From assembly GCA_053919585.1 (NCBI GenBank), contig CM132785.1: 64,000 nucleotides of DNA; one strand, given 5' to 3'. Position numbers and translations under genes: made by a program. Source of the DNA: Euprymna scolopes. Taxonomy: Eukaryota. The first letter of the stretch is position 1. Each line of letters starts with the position of its first letter. Under the pieces are notes generated by a model. It made no database searches, was not told where the DNA came from, and saw nothing but the letters and a program-made list of their open reading frames with translations. This document shows positions 63,505-64,000 of the stretch, piece by piece.

Positions 63505-64000
63505 AGCATTGTAGTCAGCTGGAAAGCAGATCAGTGGAATAGTTCTAGAAAGAAGATTTGTTCATGGAATCAACGTTAAGGTGTAAGCACTGATAGAGAG
63601 TGGTGGAATTTATTGATATTGGTTTTGGCAGCGAGTGATTTTCTGGAAGATTGGCAAGAGGAATCATATATTGATACTCAGTCAAAGATTTCCCATAAAA
63701 ATCACGACAAAAAAGAGATAGGGTCCCAACGTTTCTTTTGTGGAAATGTGCTTGCAAGGAAGAAAAAAGGCATCACCTACTAGATTATAAAGTTAGTTTT
63801 GCACCTTGTCAAGGCAGAATATGTTGCTCCGAGCAGCTCCTGGCTAGATGTAGCAACACTACTCAATCCTCTGACGTTTTGACTCTCATACAAGTAGAGA
63901 ATGGCATTAGCAGTGAGATATCTACTGGAGCTATAAAATGATCCCTGAATAATTCCAGCGACCTTGGCAACGGATTGTATGTACATGTTTCATTTCAGAT
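63505..64000 (-). mobile_element. older CR1/Zenon-like LINE 3' fragment
   Basis: YIQSVAKVA..GSFYSSSRYLTANAILYLY, HKRNVGTLSLFCRDFYGK and DSMNKSSF. Confidence 0.8.

Overview
AT-rich animal (probably invertebrate) genomic DNA from a draft assembly. It has nine N gaps and abundant (TA)n/(CA)n microsatellites. No intact host protein-coding gene can be identified, and most ORF-track entries are microsatellite or gap artefacts. The window is largely decayed transposons: three mariner copies, two Tc1-type elements, a hATm-like transposase, three Gypsy LTR remnants, many CR1/Zenon-like LINE pieces, an RTE and an R4/Dong-like LINE, Helitron-type non-autonomous elements and several Penelope-like elements (PLEs). 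The main hidden signal is RNA-level. At least nine unrelated type I hammerhead ribozyme motifs occur here. One forms the 3' half of a ~135-nt tRNA-headed SINE present in four copies plus one 3' tip, i.e. a Pol III promoter fused to a self-cleaving ribozyme. Also present are a 5S rRNA-derived SINE (two copies), two neighbouring LINE copies with twin-priming-type 5' inversions, and an old ~2.5-kb tandem duplication that retains a 52-bp identical non-coding core. All family assignments come from manual motif recognition; no database search was run.
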